Assembly (NCBI GenBank): GCA_963629755.1
Contig: CAVGKH010000001.1
Coordinates: 1-63,850, forward strand
DNA length: 63,850 bases
Direction of reading: 5' to 3'
Source of the DNA: Gemmiger sp.
Lineage (GTDB): Bacteria > Bacillota > Clostridia > Oscillospirales > Ruminococcaceae
The first letter of the stretch is position 1; every line of letters begins with the position of its first letter. The notes under the pieces were generated by a model. The model was given only the letters and a program-made list of their open reading frames with translations, had not been told where the DNA came from and did no database searches. The translations under genes were made by a program, and so were the position numbers. Shown piece after piece: positions 60,888-63,850 of the stretch.

Positions 60888-62290
60888 GGGCCACGGATCT
60901 TACTCTGCGAAACCGGTTTCACCCGGTGTACTCATTGGCTATTCTGCGCAAGCCTGCCATTCTGTGCGTCGTGCCGCTTATCACAGCGCTGGCGCATTTG
61001 GATTTAAACGGCCTGCTCACAGCCCTCTGGCAGGAGCTGGCGCTGATCTCGGTGCTGCTGGTTTTGGGTGTTGTTTTCTGGCGCGGTGCAGGCTGGCAGC
61101 TGCAAAGCGGGCGCCTCACCTTTCGGCGCAGCATCTTCGGCCTGCAATGGCAGGAAAGCTTTTCGGCAGATGATCTTGCCTTTGTGGCTGTGCGGCGGTG
61201 CTGGTATCTGCGCCCCATCGGCGCGGTACGGCTGGAATTTTCTACCGAGCGCGGCATTACGCGCCATTTGTATCTCACCCGCACAGCGGCCGATGCCCTG
61301 GCCGACCGTTTGCTGCCCGCCGAGCCTGCCCTGCATGACCTTACCCCTTCTGCCGGTGACCGGCTGGTGCTGGCCCTTTTAAACTGTGACCTGTTTGCCA
61401 CCTTAGTGCTGCTGGCTGCCAGCCTGCGCAACACCAGTGAATTTATGGGCCGCACCTGGACCCAGCACCTTACCCAAACGGGGCTGCATACCCTTGAAAG
61501 TCTGCTGGGGCACTGGCTGCCCCTGGGCCTTTCTGGCCTTGCCTCGGTGCTGCTGGTTCTCACCAGCCTTACGCTGCTGCTGGCCTTTTCACGCACCAGC
61601 CGTTACCAAGTGCTTTTGGGGCACAGCACCATTCGCTGCACAGGCGGCGCGCTCAGCCCCACCCGCTGGGTGCTGCGGCGCAGCTGCATTACCTGCGCCG
61701 ATTTTCGCCGCACCCCTATGGCACGGCTGTTAAAGCGTTATCCCCTGTTTTTAAGTGTAGGCGGCTACACCGGCAATGCTGTGCTTTTGTGCAGCGGCCT
61801 GCAGGATTCCACGCTCGAAAAGCTTTTTCCCGAAAGCGAATTCCCACAGCCCGGCCCTGGCCTCGGCAAGCGGCGCAGCCTGGTGCCGTTTTGCTGGATG
61901 CCCGCTCTTTGGCTGGCTGTATGTGCCGCTCTGTTTGCCGTAAGCCTGCTGCTGCCCGGCCTTTTGCCCTATGCGGGCCGCATTTTATGGCTGCCCGCGT
62001 GCATAGGGCTGGTATGGCTGTTTGTCGGTTTTGAGGGCTGGCAGGGCGACCACCTGGCGCAAAGCCCCAATTTGCTGCCTGCCGCATGCAGCACCCGCTT
62101 TTTCACCCATCATCACTACTGCCTTTTGCGCCGCCCGGTGGCGCTGCGGTGGCAGAATCCACTTTCCCGCCGTGCGGCACGCTGTGAACTTCGGCTGTGC
62201 CTGCCCGGTCGGCGCGCGATCGCGGTGCACAATCTGCGGCTGGCAGATTGCGATGCCCTGTTTTTCTCCAGCCAGAAAGAAGAACCCTGA
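60866..62290 (+). CDS. YdbT-like membrane protein (multiple bPH domains)
   Basis: 474-aa ORF overlapping the ydbS-like gene. Alternating TM pairs and soluble modules. Start codon uncertain (GTG 60866). Confidence 0.5.
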   Translation: MRIKREVRATDLTLRNRFHPVYSLAILRKPAILCVVPLITALAHLDLNGLLTALWQELALISVLLVLGVVFWRGAGWQLQSGRLTFRRSIFGLQWQESFSADDLAFVAVRRCWYLRPIGAVRLEFSTERGITRHLYLTRTAADALADRLLPAEPALHDLTPSAGDRLVLALLNCDLFATLVLLAASLRNTSEFMGRTWTQHLTQTGLHTLESLLGHWLPLGLSGLASVLLVLTSLTLLLAFSRTSRYQVLLGHSTIRCTGGALSPTRWVLRRSCITCADFRRTPMARLLKRYPLFLSVGGYTGNAVLLCSGLQDSTLEKLFPESEFPQPGPGLGKRRSLVPFCWMPALWLAVCAALFAVSLLLPGLLPYAGRILWLPACIGLVWLFVGFEGWQGDHLAQSPNLLPAACSTRFFTHHHYCLLRRPVALRWQNPLSRRAARCELRLCLPGRRAIAVHNLRLADCDALFFSSQKEEP

Positions 62291-62292
62291 CC

Positions 62293-62946
62293 GTGTTTGC
62301 ATCTGTAATTTTTGATTTGGACGGCACCTTGCTGAACACCATTGACGATCTGGCCGACAGTGCCAACTGGGTATGTGCGCAGCTGGGCTGGCCTAGCCAT
62401 ACCGTAAGTGAATACCGCTATTTTGTGGGCAACGGCATCCCCAAGCTGGTGGAACGCTTTACCCCCGAAAGCTGCCGCACGCCCGAAACGCTGGCCAAAG
62501 CTCTGGCTCTGTTTGATGAGCGCTATGCTGCCCACAAAGCCGATAAAACTGCCCCTTACCCCGGCATTCGCGAGCTGCTGACGCATTTGCAGCGTGCGGG
62601 CATCCGCTATGGCGTTGTGACCAATAAAGACCATGCTGCCGCTGTGGGCGTTCTGCAGCATTACTTTGGTGCGCTTGTTCCCTATGTACAGGGGCGCATC
62701 GATACCCTGCCGCCTAAGCCCGCGCCGGATACCACCCGCCTTTTAATGAAAACACTGGGCGCTGCCCCGGAAAGCACTTTGTTTGTAGGCGACAGCAATG
62801 TGGATATTGCCACAGCCAAGGCCACAGGCCTTGCCAGCTGCGGTGTGCTGTGGGGCTTTCGCACACTGGAAGAGCTGCAGCAGGCCGGAGCCGACCATAT
62901 TGCAGAAGATCCCGTTGCATTGGAAAATTTGATTTTAGGAAAATAG
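62293..62946 (+). CDS. HAD family hydrolase (phosphoglycolate phosphatase-like)
   Basis: 217 aa from GTG 62293. HAD motif I VIFDLDGTLLNT, motif III/IV VGDSNVDI. Confidence 0.75.
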   Translation: MFASVIFDLDGTLLNTIDDLADSANWVCAQLGWPSHTVSEYRYFVGNGIPKLVERFTPESCRTPETLAKALALFDERYAAHKADKTAPYPGIRELLTHLQRAGIRYGVVTNKDHAAAVGVLQHYFGALVPYVQGRIDTLPPKPAPDTTRLLMKTLGAAPESTLFVGDSNVDIATAKATGLASCGVLWGFRTLEELQQAGADHIAEDPVALENLILGK

Positions 62947-63035
62947 CCAATTCGTTTATTTTTCGTGTTGTATACTATTTGTATATTGAAAATACTTTTT
63001 TCATCCCATATACTTATTCTTTTAGAAATATAAAT

Positions 63036-63085
63036 ATCCCCCGCAGGTCTGCAGAATTTACATCAGCTGCAGAGCTTCGGGGGAT
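63036..63085. terminator. bidirectional terminator in AT-rich spacer
   Basis: ATCCCCCG..CGGGGGAT outer stem with inner CTGCAG repeats. Confidence 0.6.
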
Positions 63086-63158
63086 AGATTTTATCTTTAT
63101 TATATCCTGCTGTAAACTATGAAATATATTATACAAAACTACAGGTCTATAATTGATC

Positions 63159-63722
63159 TTAAAAATGCTCCACTATTTCTTTCAGTTCTTTTAACCAGAG
63201 CGGCTCGCTGCCTCCTATTGTCAGCAGCTGACCGTTGCGCCATTCAGCTACTAAAGTAAAACCGTTATTATTATCAAAAAACTTGGCCTCATCACAGTAG
63301 GGCAAAATTTTTGCCGCATCTGCAAATCTACGTGCATAACGGCTGCGCACATCCTTTTCGGGTATATCATGCCCACCGCGCTCTACACGGTTTTTAATCC
63401 GCCACAGGCTTTCTTCTACCGAATCTAGCCCCACATAATACAGCCTGATATAATATCCGGCCTCTTTGGCACGGCGGCAGAGCCTTTTAGGGTATCCCCC
63501 CGAAAGTGTGGTTTCTTGTGTAAAATTCACACCGGCTGCCAGCGAACTTTCAATACGCTGCACAGCCATTTTGCCGCCCTCATACTCGTCACCGCCGCAC
63601 TGTGCGGTAAGCCGGTCAGGGTCGATTACCAACCCCAGATCCGTTCGTTCTGCGCGCAGCGAGCCTGCCAAACTGGATTTACCTGCCCCGTTTACACCGC
63701 CAATAAGTGTGTAGATTTTCAT
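63159..63722 (-). CDS. zeta-toxin-like P-loop kinase (COG4185-type predicted ATPase)
   Basis: 187 aa. Walker A GGVNGAGKSS. VIDPD..FTQETTLSG..YVGLDS..RV..GGHDIP layout of the zeta/AAA_33-type kinase fold. Confidence 0.55.
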   Translation of the reverse strand: MKIYTLIGGVNGAGKSSLAGSLRAERTDLGLVIDPDRLTAQCGGDEYEGGKMAVQRIESSLAAGVNFTQETTLSGGYPKRLCRRAKEAGYYIRLYYVGLDSVEESLWRIKNRVERGGHDIPEKDVRSRYARRFADAAKILPYCDEAKFFDNNNGFTLVAEWRNGQLLTIGGSEPLWLKELKEIVEHF

Positions 63723-63759
63723 ATACGCTTTCCTGCCTTATTGCGCTGTTTTTATAGCA

Positions 63760-63794
63760 AAAAAGCTTCTTAGCCTTTGCTAAGAAGCTTTTTT
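63760..63794 (-). terminator. terminator downstream of tRNA-Glu
   Basis: AAAAAGCTTCTTAGC CTTTG CTAAGAAGCTTTTT, a perfect 15-bp stem. Confidence 0.75.
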
Positions 63795-63795
63795 G

Positions 63796-63850
63796 TGGTG
63801 ACCCGTACGGGAATCGAACCCATGTTACAGCCGTGAAAGGGCCGTGTCTT
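63796..63850 (-). tRNA. tRNA-Glu (anticodon UUC), 3' part only, runs off the window
   Basis: Reverse complement reads ..AAGACACGGCCCTTTCACGGCTGTAACATGGGTTCGATTCCCGTACGGGTCACCA: anticodon loop CTTTCAC, T-loop TTCGATT, CCA end. Confidence 0.8.

Noticed and set aside
1-63850. Looked for CRISPR arrays, rRNA genes, IS transposases, integrases, phage genes and known defence-system signatures (restriction-modification, Cas, and nuclease-helicase or other fusion-type defence genes).
   Set aside because: No regularly spaced direct repeats were found. No ORF carries DDE, tyrosine-recombinase or serine-recombinase motifs, or nuclease-helicase architectures. The only toxin-like gene is the orphan zeta-like kinase reported above.

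Overview
63.85-kb GC-rich chromosomal segment. AT-rich intergenic spacers, AAGGAG-type RBSs and LAGC lipoboxes suggest a Gram-positive anaerobe of the Clostridia, possibly Oscillospiraceae/Faecalibacterium-like; this taxonomy is inference only. I call about 62 protein genes, one complete tRNA-Arg(CCG), one partial tRNA-Glu(UUC) and one cobalamin riboswitch. No rRNA, CRISPR array, transposase or integrase was seen. Blocks in order: (1) coaX and tRNA-Arg. (2) A GldA/F/G-like ABC-2 exporter with a DUF4340 gene. (3) MarR plus a MATE efflux pump under a consensus promoter carrying two operator half-palindromes. (4) An AbgT-family transporter with three M20 amidohydrolases. (5) A minus-strand operon gated by a B12 riboswitch. 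It encodes a lipoprotein version of the CbiK chelatase, a two-domain lipoprotein of unknown function and a BtuFCD-like importer. (6) A small def-like/DUF1653/PaaI operon, a rhomboid gene and a DUF554 gene. (7) An 18-gene, ~16-kb anaerobic cobalamin operon (cbiD to cbiC). It has no riboswitch and no cytoplasmic chelatase, and it carries an extra mini-CobU. (8) TetR plus a radical-SAM gene with a Cx4Cx2C motif, then a PaaI thioesterase. (9) LysR plus a pxpA/NRAMP-like/pxpB/pxpC/DUF1445 5-oxoprolinase cluster. (10) HD, esterase, ATP-grasp, two NCS2 nucleobase permeases, GNAT, gluQ and an M18 aminopeptidase. (11) A lipoprotein, DUF362-ferredoxin, uppP, a YdbS/YdbT pair, a HAD phosphatase, an orphan zeta-toxin-like kinase and tRNA-Glu. 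The most interesting signals are the riboswitch-gated surface CbiK system, a family of nested-hairpin MITE-like repeats (four copies, inserted inside operons, with compensatory stem changes), the mini-CobU, a 10-mer repeated four times inside the cob operon, and the atypical radical-SAM motif. All functional calls come from reading motifs in the translated ORFs; no database search was run.
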